Below, piece after piece: positions 1-12,753 of a stretch of DNA of 45,805 nt (positions are counted from its first letter, which is position 1; the number at the start of each line of letters is the position of its first letter). The translations under genes and the position numbers were made by a program. The notes beneath the pieces were generated by a model. That model searched no databases. It was not told the origin of the DNA and saw only the letters and a list, made by a program, of their open reading frames with translations. This stretch comes from Macrostomum lignano. Lineage: Eukaryota. Location of the stretch: the NCBI GenBank assembly GCA_002269645.1, contig NIVC01004443.1, positions 1 through 45,805 of the forward strand, written 5' to 3'.

Positions 1-67
1 CAAAAAGTTAAACTTTATTGGTGAATCAAATTTCAAAGTGGAATTTCCAAGCAGAGTCATGACTTAC

Positions 68-1602
68 TTCTCAGGTGCTGCAGACAAGCTCCTTGGTTGG
101 TTCAAACTGGGACAGCTCTTCCTTCCAGCTGATGCCCCGGTGGACCTCGGCTGCCGCTACTCAGCAGCACCTCTGACGCAGCTTCCAGACGGCCGAACTT
201 GATGCAAAGACAGAGCTCGCAGAGTCCTCTCGGCTTTTGCTGCGCAGTCAGGCAGGCGCGCAATGACATCATCTAAGACAGATCTACAGTCGGAGCTTGT
301 GTCGTCTTCGTCTAGCATAACAAGTGCTTCTTTCACGTTGTCATAAATACTGAGATACTGAATTTCCAAAGCAAATTTTTCAATAGAAGCTTCAATTAGT
401 GGCTTGGGTTTCTTTTCCAGCGTTGGTACAGTAGAAATGGATGAAAACTGAAATTTTCAGAATCAGGAATGCTGGCAAGAACCATCGTTGAACTCTGCCA
501 GTATGTACGGCAGTTGTGAATCAACTCAATTAGGCATTGAGGCAATTTTCATCGCTGTGTCCCGACTTTTGTCCTTGCAAGTACAAGGCAGCATCACTCA
601 GAAAGAAAGTGCCTCATGATTTGTCCATCGAATGTCTTCGAATTGCAACTCTGCTCAACGTAGTTTAGCATCATCTGCAAGGCATGTCGAGTGAGAACTG
701 AATAGATTCTCCGGTCTCACACTGATCAGCCGGTGTCGCTTCAAGCATTCGGAACAGGAGAGTTTTGGCGTGATATGTTTTCAAGCCCGGCACACAGTTG
801 CTTATAACTCGTTTAAACAGATATTTGATAATAACGAACAGCTGACCTTGCAGTGTCGTGAGATTTTGCATCAGCTTCCTCTCTAAAAAGGCTGTGCTCA
901 CGCGGAACTGCGAGCCAGCAGATCCTGGAGATGCGGCACGTACCAAATGACAGGGCGATGAGGTGATCTCTTGCCGGAGCAAGTCCAGCACCCTCTGTGA
1001 TATGTTGGAGTCATTTTGAGACTGCAACACTGCCATTGGTGGATGCAGCACAGACTGAGGGCGGTCTCCAGGTGAATCGCTGGCCCCAAAGATTTGTTGC
1101 CAGGTTCGACATGTTTTGTAGAACAATTTGACGCTAAAAATGAGATAAAACCGTCAACTTTGGGCTTTAACAGAGATTAAAGTTATAAAGCAACAGTATA
1201 GACTAGAAGGTTTACTTAAGAACGTTGCAATTCCACTTACCAAAATCATCGCAGGTAATTTCACGCGTTGCAGTATTCAACAGTTTTTTTAACGCTAGCT
1301 GGATCAGGATGCCTGCAGCGGCAATAGTTCTTCAAGTGAAACAGTTGGTTTGTGTCAATCATCAAATAGTCGATGTCGGAGTCTGGATCGATGTCGCCAT
1401 TTAACGAGGCCATGCAGCTGCCCCAGCCTTCAGCAAAGCTGCCATAACAAATATTTTATTCTCTTTATCACACCGACTGCGCGCAGAGACCAGCTGCTGC
1501 AGAACCTCGGCAGCCGCAGTCTGCAGTGCCGCCCTGGGCCTGGTGAAGCCAGCACGGAGCATTGACTGGTGCACCAGCAGACTCTGCTCACTTGCTGTTG
1601 AC
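68..1602 (-). pseudogene. Mab-21/cGAS-like receptor (cGLR) nucleotidyltransferase domain, exons 2-3 of the ankyrin gene; about 8 frameshifts (pseudogene or assembly errors)
   Basis: Manual translation across frames gives YGSFAEGWGSCMASLNGDIDPDSDIDYLM (1360-1446; GS..EG...SDxD motif), FRVSTAFLERKLMQ...FVIIKYLFK...GLKTYHAKTLLFRMLE (ORF 671-1126; Mab-21 C-lobe motifs), then PENL, IMRHFF and FHPFL. Intron 1134-1240 (GTAAGT...TTTTTAG, phase 1) is frame-consistent. A further GTAAGT donor at 67 suggests the gene continues left of the window. Confidence 0.8.
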
Positions 1603-2053
1603 CTGATCAAGGATGGAAAGTTTATCGTCAGTTATTTTATTTTTACTGGAGGGAAGTTGCAGCCGTGAGAAGGTACCTATTCGCTGACCCCTGAGCACCC
1701 CATTTTGCCTCTCCGGTGTCGAGAATGCGGAGCATTTCATCTGTGAATGCCCCTAGAATTTACTCAGGACGAGCTGACACCTAGCTACTTCGGCCCAAAC
1801 TTGAGAATCTCTGCCAGCTCATCCGCAACCAAAGGGCTACCGGGCGAGCAACTATTCACCTCCTGGACTCTCTGGAGGGAGATTGCGCTATGGATATTGG
1901 CACCACCGGATCTCCCTGCGAGACACCGCAGCACCAGCTGCCCGTGGTCGCCAGGGGTTAGTGTAATGGAATGCTAGGAACCCCCTGCGAAATCCTCCGC
2001 ATTCTGGTGCAAGCATCTCAACGAAATATACTACTGGACCCACTCGGACTTAC

Positions 2054-3838
2054 GCCGGAAAATAATTATCAACCGAGAGTTTCATGGTCGAACGGTAACT
2101 TGTCAACCTATCTAGAACCTTCCTGTGGCCATTGAGTGCGGAAATCAACATCGGCGTTATTCCGTCGTGAGCCTTCAACTCGGGGACGGCTCCGGCAGCC
2201 AGTAGCAGATCCACCGTGTTTGTGTGGCCCTCTCGCGAAGCAGCGAGCAGCGCCGAGCAGCCGGTTGAGTCTGTGAGATTCACGTCGATCTGAGGAACGC
2301 TCAACAAAATTTTTACCGAAGCCGCGTGACCAGCTTGTGACGCCAGGTGCAGAGCTGTGCACCCGCTGCTTAGCCGAAGGTTCACGTCGGCCAGGGCGAC
2401 TTTAGCGAGCAGTTGGACAATTCGATGGTGGCCCAACTGACTGGCGATGTGAATCGGTGCCGCGCCTTCCGGATGCGACGTGGCATCCGCATCCGCGTTC
2501 ACTTCAACCAGAGCACGCGCAATCTTCCAGTGGTTCTCCTGCGCCGCTGTGTACAGAGCTGTTGTGCCCAGCTCGCCAATTTGATTAACGTCAACTTGAG
2601 CTTTAATGAGGCTGAGTACTATTGGCAGCTGGTTGCAATGTACGGCTACGTGAAGCGCTGGCTGAATTACGGAAATACCACAGTCCAAATTTGGATTTGC
2701 TCCGAGTTTTAGCAAACTGTCCACTATAGACCGATCGCCCAGGAAGAATGCACCATAGAGCGGTGTGCAGAGGTGTGCCGTTTCTGGTTGGACAGCTGCC
2801 TTCGCCTTGATGAGTTCCTGCACACACCAACTTGCGTCCATTTTGTACCGCAGCGTACAAAGGAGTGCTGCCGTTCAGCATGGCCTGATCGATGTCCGCC
2901 ATGGCTTGGACCAGTGCCTTCACTATCTCAACATGGCCCTCCTGCGATGCGATGTACATTGGCGTAGCACCGCTGAACTCGGCAAGATTGACGTCAGGAA
3001 CTCCGAGCTCCAACAAGCAGCGAACAATCTGACGGTGGCCGAATTGCGTCGCGATGAGCAACGGAGTTGCACCATCAACTTGCTGAATATTGACGTCTGC
3101 GGCTGCCCGACTGAGCACCTCGACAACCTCCGCGTGGCCTTCCTGTGCAGCTGCGTAGATGGCAGTCCTGCCTCGCTCCTGTTGCAGGTCGAGGGTTGTT
3201 TGAGCTTTGAGCAGCGCAGCCACCACTTGCCGATGACCATTCTGAGCAGCGATGTACATTGGCGAGCAGCCGTCAGTTTTCTGCGCGTCAACATCGGCCA
3301 TAGCTGAGACCAGCTGGGTGACAATTTCCCTGTGTCCGTTCTGAGCGGCCATGTAGAGCGGCGTGGACCGGACGTCTGTTCTGGACTGATTCACGTTGGC
3401 CTGAGCCTCGATGAGCAGCTGTACAACAGCGCGGTGCCCGTTCTGAGCAGCGACCCAGAGCGGCGTGCAGCCGAGTTTCTGAGGCAGATCGACGTTTGCA
3501 CCCTGCAGAATCAAGCTGCTGACCAACCTGTCGTGACCATAGGCAGAGGCCACAAAAAGTGGAGATTCTCCGTGACTCGATTGACGATTGACGTTCACTT
3601 CTGGCTGCTTTGAGGACCGGGTGAGCAGCTGAGCGGCCTGGTAGTTGCCGGTGATGCAGGCCAGATGTAGCGGCGACAGGCAGCTGCCGTTAAAATTGAA
3701 CATCTGATCAGGAGACTGACCACCGGTCAGATGCGCCCTCAGCTTGTCGGGGTCCGCCTGAAGCACCGACTGCAAGAAGTCCTCATTGGGAGTGTCGGCT
3801 ACTCGCGTTAAGTGCGAAATTTGCGTCCACTGACTCAT
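2054..3838 (-). CDS. Ankyrin-repeat exon (about 16 repeats) with one +1 frameshift near 2826; exon 1 of a putative ANK-cGLR fusion gene
   Basis: ORFs 2603-3838 and 2050-2841 join at GRKLV/VQELIK by removing one base. Serial G-x-T/S-P-L-x-x-A-A-x-x-G-H motifs. The apparent TAA at 2050-2052 lies inside a GTAAGT donor (2053-2048). Confidence 0.9.
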
Positions 3839-5690
3839 GCTTAAAGTCCTGGACTGAATCAGCAGCCTATATAATTGGTCTTTTCTGAAAAGAAAGGTCG
3901 CTTCTTCGAGTGACCAACAGTTAAAAAACTAGATTTTAAAGCTCTGATTCCATTCAGAAATTCAACCGCAATTTCTGTGAAAAATTTAAAAGAAATTTAA
4001 ATTCAAATTTGCGAGCTAAGATCCTTTCAATCCAATCCTTTAAAAATGTTTAAAATAGGTTTTCGACTTAAGCAATTCTTTATTATGTCTTATTGCTAAA
4101 AATATAGGTGAAACAGCGAAATTTATGTACATTAATTAACACCATAATATTATTAAAATAAGTTTAATTGAATGAGTTTCTGACTCGAAAAGTGGCTAAA
4201 GACAACATATAATAAAGAAATAAATATTTAATTAAATAATAGTAATTAATTTAATTAAAAAGTAGTTGATATTATTAAATAAATATAACTAGATGTAGAC
4301 TTATTTTGTTTCAGTAGTAAAATTCTTTTTGTTATGTTGTCTAACGTTTGAAAGCTGCAGTAAAGAATCGGTTTACGTGAGTATCAGAAAATATAATCTT
4401 CGCAATTCATGGACCACTATAGCAGATATTCGAATAAGTAAAATATCCTTCCACTTTTTATTTTATTTAACGGCTCATCATGAAAGCTAAATAACTAAAA
4501 AATTGTTCATAACGGAATTAAAACAAGAGAGTAGCTGCTGTTAAAGCAAAAATTTATTTTAGTTCCTTGTCAGTGGTAATATTCACTTTTGCAGTCATGC
4601 TTTGCGCACTTATTTCGCTGAAAAAGTTCGAGTTAAATATACACTATTACTTGATAAAAAGATTCTTTCGTAACAAAAAGAAATTATTGTGATTGCTTAT
4701 GTTAGCTTTTTCACAGAAATGTTTTGTACAACCCTTAAATTTCGTTTTGCAATGCTTTAAATCTTCTTTTTTGTTATACTACTGTTAATTATAACACCAA
4801 AATAAGCCGCAAATATGCTGTAGAACCCAATAAACAATATTATTTGAACTTTTAGAAGAAGTAAGCTGAGCTAGTTTCAAGAAACCTCTTCTTGTATTAT
4901 ATTGCAAGTCTGATGAAAATACGAGCGGAAATTAAAGCACATCCGAATGTAATTCACTTTAAGGTGCTAATACATGTTGGATATGTTAGACGAATAACGT
5001 GTAAAAGAGACGAAAAATTAAAAGTCGAGTTCGTTAAAACTATTTTTCTAAATATGCTACTGTACTAAACGTACGTAGATACGAGAAAAATGTACATGCA
5101 TTCTTAGTGTACATGCACATGTATACCCATGCAGCAATCTGATATGGCCACAATGTCGGCCAACGCGGTTTTCGACGTCTATCGACGAGTGAGTGGCAAA
5201 TGAGTACTTTTACAGTACAGCGATGGTTCAGTAGACGACCTTACATGTATGACGTTACGTACGTTATCTAATGTAAATGTAATGTAATGTACGTATTTGT
5301 CAGCGACGTTGATAATACTTGTCTACAGACGTCGGACTGCGGTACCAGCATGGTACATATGTATATATGCATGCAATATATAAGATGCGAAAGTATAATT
5401 CGCATTTCCCCCAATGAAAGAAAAGTTTGATTTTGGGTGGAGCCGCTATATAGCTAAAGGATCTTGCATGGGGAGACGAGATTTCTTGACGAGAGTTTAT
5501 TTTGTGATCGAGCTTCGGCCCGATATCGTGGTGAGGACTGCGCACGGGTTTGAGAAGAGAGAAAACTGTTTCTGAAGCACTTGGGGGGAGCTCATGGAGG
5601 GTCGAGAATTGGGACGGCAGTGAGCGTGCCGGCGAAATTGCTTTCACTTTGAAGAGTTGCCGCGTGCGTGCAGGCCGGCCTCGAGTTTGT

Positions 5691-5856
<166 letters not shown>

Positions 5857-6592
5857 CACAGAGCTGGGAAAAGGGGTCCAGATCGACCTCGTCGCGCTCT
5901 CTATCCTAAGCAAAGCTCTCGGCCGCGGGCTTGGGAGAAAAACAGGGAGCTGGGTAAGAGAGGAGGGAGAGAGAGCCGAGAGTAAGGGGCGATTGAGGTG
6001 AGGATAGATTTTCTAAGCTCAAGGCCTGCCAGCTAAAAGTACTGCTTTCCCGCAGTTGATTGGCCTGGGGGCAGTGACGATCAGGTCGGGACGGGGATGG
6101 ATGCAGCGGACGAGAGGGAAGGCCGGAGACGTGGAGGTCTTGGCTGAGGGGCTGAGGGGGGATTTTGGACTTGGGGGAGGGATAAACGAGGGTAGACGGT
6201 GCAGGAGCGAGTCAGTTGGGCTTTGGGGGGAGGGACTGCTTTGCTAACAGGGGGACAGCTGAAGGAGAGAGAAATTTAAGGGACAGGGAGGTGGACGGAG
6301 AACCCCAACTGAACCTATAGGTTCGTGTCCGCCTCCCTCTCTCGGACATTTCCCCTCCTTTCCTCCTCCTTCTTCTTCTGCGCGCCCGGCCTCTGCCAAC
6401 CTATACATAAGCCCTTTTCTTAAGTTAACCAAGCCAAGAAAAGTTTTCTTTTCCTCAATTCTTTCTCCTGGCAACTTTGTAGGCCGACCGACTGGCGAGG
6501 TAAGGCTTAGCGCCTCTGTGATCACATTCACTTGTTCGCATCTTGAATTAATATTAAAGCAGCTGTTGATTCCGTCAGCTTTTTTAGACAAG

Positions 6593-8250
6593 ATGGCCAG
6601 CGCCACTCAGGCACCAGAAGTCATGATGAGCGTCAACGGCGGAGCCAGCAGCAGAGACGAACCGTCCATCACCCTGTCGCGATACTCTGAATACGGCCTG
6701 CTGATCTGCATTGGAATTGTCGGCATCATCGGCAACTTCGGCATTGCACTGGTCATTCTGTTCGTCCGCCGTCTGCGAAAGGCCGCAACGCCTTCATGTT
6801 CCACCACTGCCTGCTGGACCTGCTGAAGTCGCTCTACTGCCTGATCTTTGCCAACAGCCTGCTGCACGACCAGGAGCCGATGTTCTGCAACCTTCTTGGC
6901 GGCTCCTTCATCGTGTGCGTGACCAGCACGGCCTTCAACATCCTGGCCATGGTCATGAGCGAGGCTTACGTCTTTGCCGACCTTAGCGCTGGGGTGAAGG
7001 ACAGCGGCAACTACTGCTGCATCCTGTTCAGCATCAGCACCATCTGGTTCGCCAGCATCATTCTCAACTTGGGCGTCGCCTTCCTGCCTGGCAATCCGAG
7101 CTACATCCAGAAAGTCGGTCACTGCACTTTTAGCTACGGCGAGACCCGGAACTACGTGCTCCACGTGCTGTGGATCATCCTGGTGACGTTCGCCATGAGC
7201 CTGGCCATCATGTACTTGAAGAAGCTTCGCCAGGACATCAAATCCAACTCGACCAGCGGAGTTCTGCAATCGGATCTGCTGCGCATCATCCGCCAGTCCA
7301 TCGCCGGCCCGTCCGACCTCAGCCCGTCCGGCCACCCGCAGCTGCAGCATCAGATGATGGCCGATCAGTGCGTCGACGACGTGGCAGAGAGGGCCCTGTT
7401 GAAGAAAGTGGAGCGATTCGCCATGACCAAACTGTACACCCTGCTGCTCATGACGGCTCTGTTCGTGCTGTTCTGGTATCCGCTGTTCATCCTCACCCTG
7501 GTCGATCCGAACTTCCACGGACAGCCGGTGGCCTACAAGGCCCTGACAATCTTCGCCTGCTGCAACGCCGCCGTCAACCCGTTCGTGTTCATCTGCCTGA
7601 TCAGCAAGCGTGGCTGCTGTCGCACGGAGATGCCGCGCCTCCGGCTGGCCAAGGGCAACAGGGAGCTCTTTCAGGAGCCCGGCGGCATCGCTACCCTCAA
7701 CCGGTACGGCCGCGGCAGCCGCTCAAAGAAGAACATCCTGCAGGCAGAGATGCAGTCGCCGCCACCACCACCTCCGCCGCCGCCGCCTGTGCACCAGCCG
7801 GTGGCGACTCTGATGCAGAGCGGCTCGTTCGACGACTCCAGAGGCCGGGCCAGCTTCCGGCATCAGCACTCGTCCTCTTCGCTGCGACAGTCGCACCATC
7901 AGCAGCAGCAGCACCCGCAGCACTCGCTGATCTCTGACGCAGCCGATCATCCCGGCATCTACAACGAGTACTTCGCCATGCACCCGCTGCCGCCGCCGCC
8001 TCCGCACTCGGTGCCGCCGCCGCCGCCGCCCCCGGCCGCCTACCTGCACCGCATGGAGTCCTTCGAGCGGTCGCAGTCACCGCCGCCTCCGCCGATGCCA
8101 CCGCCGCCTCCGCCACCGGGGATGGCGGGAGCCACGTCGTCAACTGCAACCGCAAGTCCGCGGAGACACATGCAGCAGCAGCAGCAGCAGCAGCAGAGGT
8201 CGCAGAGGAACCTGTGGACACCGCCGTCTGGTGCGCAGTCCACATTGTAG
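6593..8250 (+). CDS. Orphan rhodopsin-family (class A) GPCR, possibly SREB/GPR85-like; one 1-bp deletion at about 6778-6780
   Basis: ATG at 6593 follows a TTTTTAG acceptor. TM1 ends in GIIGN. Restoring one A in the cgAAA run joins RLRKGRNAFMFHHCLLD to ORF 6796-8250. Seven hydrophobic segments, an ECL1/TM3 cysteine, FWYP in TM6, NAAVNPFVF in TM7, and a long Pro/Gln/His-rich tail. The subfamily call is from recalled resemblance only. Confidence 0.85.
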
Positions 8251-9951
8251 AATTGCAAGACTCAGCAGCAAGGCCCATGCAGTCATATAAATAGGATGAG
8301 CAGGCATATATTAAACAGGACAAAGAACAACAAATAGTTTCCAATTTAGGTTCGTAGCATGCTTATTAGTGTTGCCTAAACTGTCACAACATTTATGGAA
8401 ACAAGAAAGACATGAAAAAATAGTTTCTATCCCATATCCATAATATAGACAAAGTAGGTTGAGGCCCCAGCGAGTTGTTGGGCAGATATTTTATTTTAAC
8501 AATAAAATCGAAGTTATCAACATATTCACGCACTTTTTTTCTGCGTACATTGTTCATTAACTACTCTCGCTTACAGTCTCTGAAGCCTGTGTTTGTTGTA
8601 AGTTAGAAGCTCTTTAGTCAATAAAATGCACTTCATTTTGCACACTATATAATTATATACTTTGTTTTAATCAAAGGTCAAACAATCCGTATACTGTTTT
8701 AATTTTGAAATTTTAGCACGTTGATTTTAACAAATATTTCTCTTTCTCAGAAAGTAAGCGTAATATTTAAAAGTAACTTTGAAATTCTATTTCATATTTG
8801 AAACTAACAATAATGAATAGTTTGCTTATATACAAAAGTTTGTAAACGATTTTCAATGCACCGTTTTTACAATATTTTAGTGTGGAATTTAAGCACTATG
8901 TAATTATGAAACATGATGTGCTGTATATTCTCCAATAACGAAAAATTTATTTACTGCACATATTCGAATATTACATCAAAATTTCATACATTTTACATGT
9001 TATACATTGTAGGTATATCATTCACTTGGCAAAATAAATTATGATTATAGCTTCAGACGAATCAAAATGAATCACGCTGACAAATATTACTCACTGTATC
9101 TTTGTTATAAGTAGCTATCGTTTCGTTTTAATTTAATTAATTTCGTAATTTTGTTTTCGTTTTAATTAAATAGCCAATAAGGTAAAAGCTACGTTTCTAG
9201 CTAGTATAGTTTTTTGGTAGTCAAATCTAACTAAAATATTTTTTGTTGTGAACTGTAATAACTGTGAACCTGTTGCAAAACAGTTTAAAAGTACACCCAG
9301 TTCTTAACAGTGCATGTACATCGCAGAAGTACATGTTGCGTAAAAAGTGACATCCTTTTCAGCAAATAAACTTTACATTTCTCAAAGTTGCAGCACATTT
9401 TCCAAGAACCATTTTGATCATTATTGATTTTTTGTTATAAATTCGCATTTTTTATGGTCACAATTCGAATGAGCATTTGGACTGGGTGAGTCATGTATAT
9501 TTCTACTTTACATGCATGTACCTGACGTCTACATAATTTCCTAGCAAACTTCTCTGCAAACTTGCATGAAAATGTACAGTGTAAAATACAATATATGACT
9601 CGATTTTCGGCACTGCAACTTCAACACACACTGGAGACATTGGGAAGTGAGATTGAGAGGGAGGCCTCCTACTCGTAAAGAACTGAGACCGCCTCAGGCC
9701 CGACTTGTGAAGGAAAAACTCGGCAATTAACACTTACAGAAGCTGCTCCCCTGGGGCTTTGAGGACTCGCGGATCGCGATGAGGCTGCTGGCACGCACGC
9801 GCCCCAGCCGATCTTATAGATTTCTCGCGACGGGGATGCTGGCTCGACTTCTGCGGGAAGCTCGGACTGCTGGCTGTTTTAATTAAAATTCCGCGAGCGC
9901 TGCTTCTGCCAGTGCTCCGAACTTTTTTCCACGATTGAGCAACCCTGATTT

Positions 9952-10850
9952 CTCACCCCTAAATCTGCCCATATCTCACCCTTAAATCTGCCCATGTCTC
10001 ACCCTAAATCTGCTTATATCTCACCCCTAAATCTGTCCATATCTCAACCCCAAATCTGTCCATATCTCACCCTAAATCTGTCCATATCTCACCCCTAAAT
10101 CTGTCCATATCTCACCCCTAAATCTGTCCATATCTCACCCCTAAATATGTCCATATCTCACCCCTAAATCTGTCCATATCTCACCCCTAAATATGCCCAT
10201 ATCTCAGCCCTTAAATCGGTCCATATCTCACCCCTAAATATGCCCATATCTCAGCCCCTAAATCGGTCCATATCTCACCCTGAAATCTGTACATATCTCA
10301 CCCCCAAATCTGTCCATATCTCACCAAAGGTCTGCCAATATCTCACCCTAAATCTGTTCATTATCTCTCAGCTCTAAATCTGTCCATATTTCACCCCTAA
10401 ATATGTTCATATCTCACCCCCAAATCTGTCCATATCTCACCCCTAAATATGTTCATATCTCACCCCCAAATCTGTCCATATCTCACCCCTAAATATGTCC
10501 ATATCTCACCCCTAAATATGTCCATATCTTACCCCCAAATCTGTCCATATCTCACCCCTAAATATGTCCATATCTTACCCCCAAATCTGTCCATATCTCA
10601 CCCCTAAATCTGTCCATATCTCACCCCTAAATATGTCCATATCTCACCCCTAAATATGTCCATATCTTACCCCCAAATCTGTCCATATCTCACCCCTAAA
10701 TCTGTCCATATCTCACCCCTAAATATGTCCATATCTCACCCCTAAATATGTCCATATCTCACCCTAAATCTAACAATTTCTCACCCTAAATCTGCCCATA
10801 TCTCACCCCTAAATATGTCCATATCTCACCCCCTAAATATGTCCATATCT
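9952..10850. repeat. 23-bp minisatellite (ccatatctcacccctaaatctgt), about 39 copies
   Basis: Direct tandem periodicity with ctgt/atgt and cacc/tacc variants. Confidence 0.95.
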
Positions 10851-11079
10851 CAGAGCCCGTGTCTCAGATTCCGCCAGATAAAAACTTGAAGCACCGCACT
10901 GACAGTCGGTCGATAATGGTGTGACGATTCACAAGAATATTGATCTGCACAAGACAAAGCAGGCAGGCTTGTTTTGCTCAAGGTCCATGGCACCATGCAC
11001 TTTGCAGGATGCAGGAAGAAACCTGATATGAAGTATATTTAATATAAATATTCGATACTGTGTATACAATACACAAAAT

Positions 11080-11845
11080 GAATTGCTAATCTATCTCACG
11101 AATGAAGAACTAGAATGGATTGCTAATCTATCTCACGAATGAAGAACTAGAATGGATTACTAATCCATCTCACTAATGAAGGACTAGAATAGATTGCTAA
11201 TCTATCTCACTAATGAAGAACTAGAATGGATTGCTAATCTATCTCACGAATGAAGAACTAGAATGGATTACTAATCCATCTCACTAATGAAGGACTAGAA
11301 TAGATTGCTAATCTATCTCACTAATGAAGAACTAGAATGGATTGCTAATCTATCTCACTAATGAAGAACTAGAATGGATTGCTAATCTATCTCACTAATG
11401 AAGGACTAGAATGGATTGCTAATCTATCTCACCAGTGAAGAACTAGAATGGATTACTAATCTATCTCAATAATGAAGGGTATTAATGGATTGCTAATCGA
11501 TCTCACTAATGAAGGGTATTAATGGATAGCTAATCTATCTCACTAATGAAGGATTAGAATGGATTGCTAATCCATCTCACTAATGAGGGGTATTAATGGA
11601 TTGCTAATCTATCTCACTAATGAAGGATTAAAATGGATTGCTAATCCATCTCACTAACGAGGGGTATTAATGGATTGCTAATCTATCTCACTAATGAAGG
11701 ATTAGAATGGATTGCTAATCGATCTCACTAATGAAGGGTATTAATGGATTGCTAATCTATCTCACTAATGAAGGATTAGAATGGATTGCTAATCCATCTC
11801 ACTAATGAGGGGTATTAATGGATTGCTAATCTATGTCACCAATTA
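11080..11845. repeat. 37-bp minisatellite (ggattgctaatctatctcactaatgaagaactagaat), about 21 copies
   Basis: Head-to-tail units with no spacers. Confidence 0.95.
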
Positions 11846-12753
11846 AAGATTACAATAGACTGCTTGCGCAAAATAACTAAATCGTTGGCAAGATCATAAT
11901 TCATTGAAGAAGCAATTAACGTTCTGAAGCGAGAGTAGCGCAATCTTAATAGTAATAACTATAAGATTTATTAAATTAGTATTATAAAGTTTGCTACTGG
12001 CTGCTGCACAAGAGCAAGACCTCCCGCAGTGTCGGGGAGAAGCATCATGCAGCTATCATGCATATTTTTATTTATATAAAATATATTCGTAAATTAGCAA
12101 TAACACCGAACATTGCTACTCTTTTTTGGTATATTATCAACAATCGTACCAACCAGGGCAGTACATACCGGTACTTCAGTACAATTAATTAGTCAAAATA
12201 CTATTTTACTTTTTCAGCAATAAACACGCGCATATCCTACTTACAGCATCAGTAGTAGCAGTAGTTACATCTGACCTAGTGAACTTTAAAGATTATATAA
12301 ATATATGGCAATAATTCCAAAATTTAACTAATAATATTTTTATTAATAATTGTAGACATTGCAAAAAATTACACCAAAGCTACTACTATTACTATCATAT
12401 GATTTATAGGCATATTTTATATGGATAAAGCAATTAACAGTTTCAGTGGAAGCAGCAAAACAGGGCATGGGCAGACGCCAGGAAGGCAGGAACAGCCTAT
12501 AAGAAATTGTTGACATTTATTTACCAACACAGAAGTTTATAATTAATAATAATATTAATAATAACAATAAGTCATTTAAAGCATTTGTCAAGCAAAGTCA
12601 GCACAACGCCCCCGCCCCAGCGCATTGGACACGCCAAGGAGATTAATAAATATAAATAAATAAACAAATTCGGGTTGCGGGCTGCGTTCAAATGCGCAGC
12701 TGCTACATGTAGGAGAGGATTTTGAATGGACATTGAGTGCTGAGGGTAGCATT

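Noticed and set aside
2050-2052. TAA as the end of a stand-alone ankyrin protein
   Set aside because: It overlaps a consensus GTAAGT donor with a phase-compatible downstream acceptor. Not fully excluded without transcripts.
2413-3613. Plus-strand ORFs over the ankyrin gene
   Set aside because: Antisense shadows of GC-rich coding sequence with no recognisable motifs.
6607-8344. 303-aa and 215-aa minus ORFs and 255-aa plus alternative-frame ORF over the GPCR
   Set aside because: Shadow ORFs caused by high GC3 codon usage.
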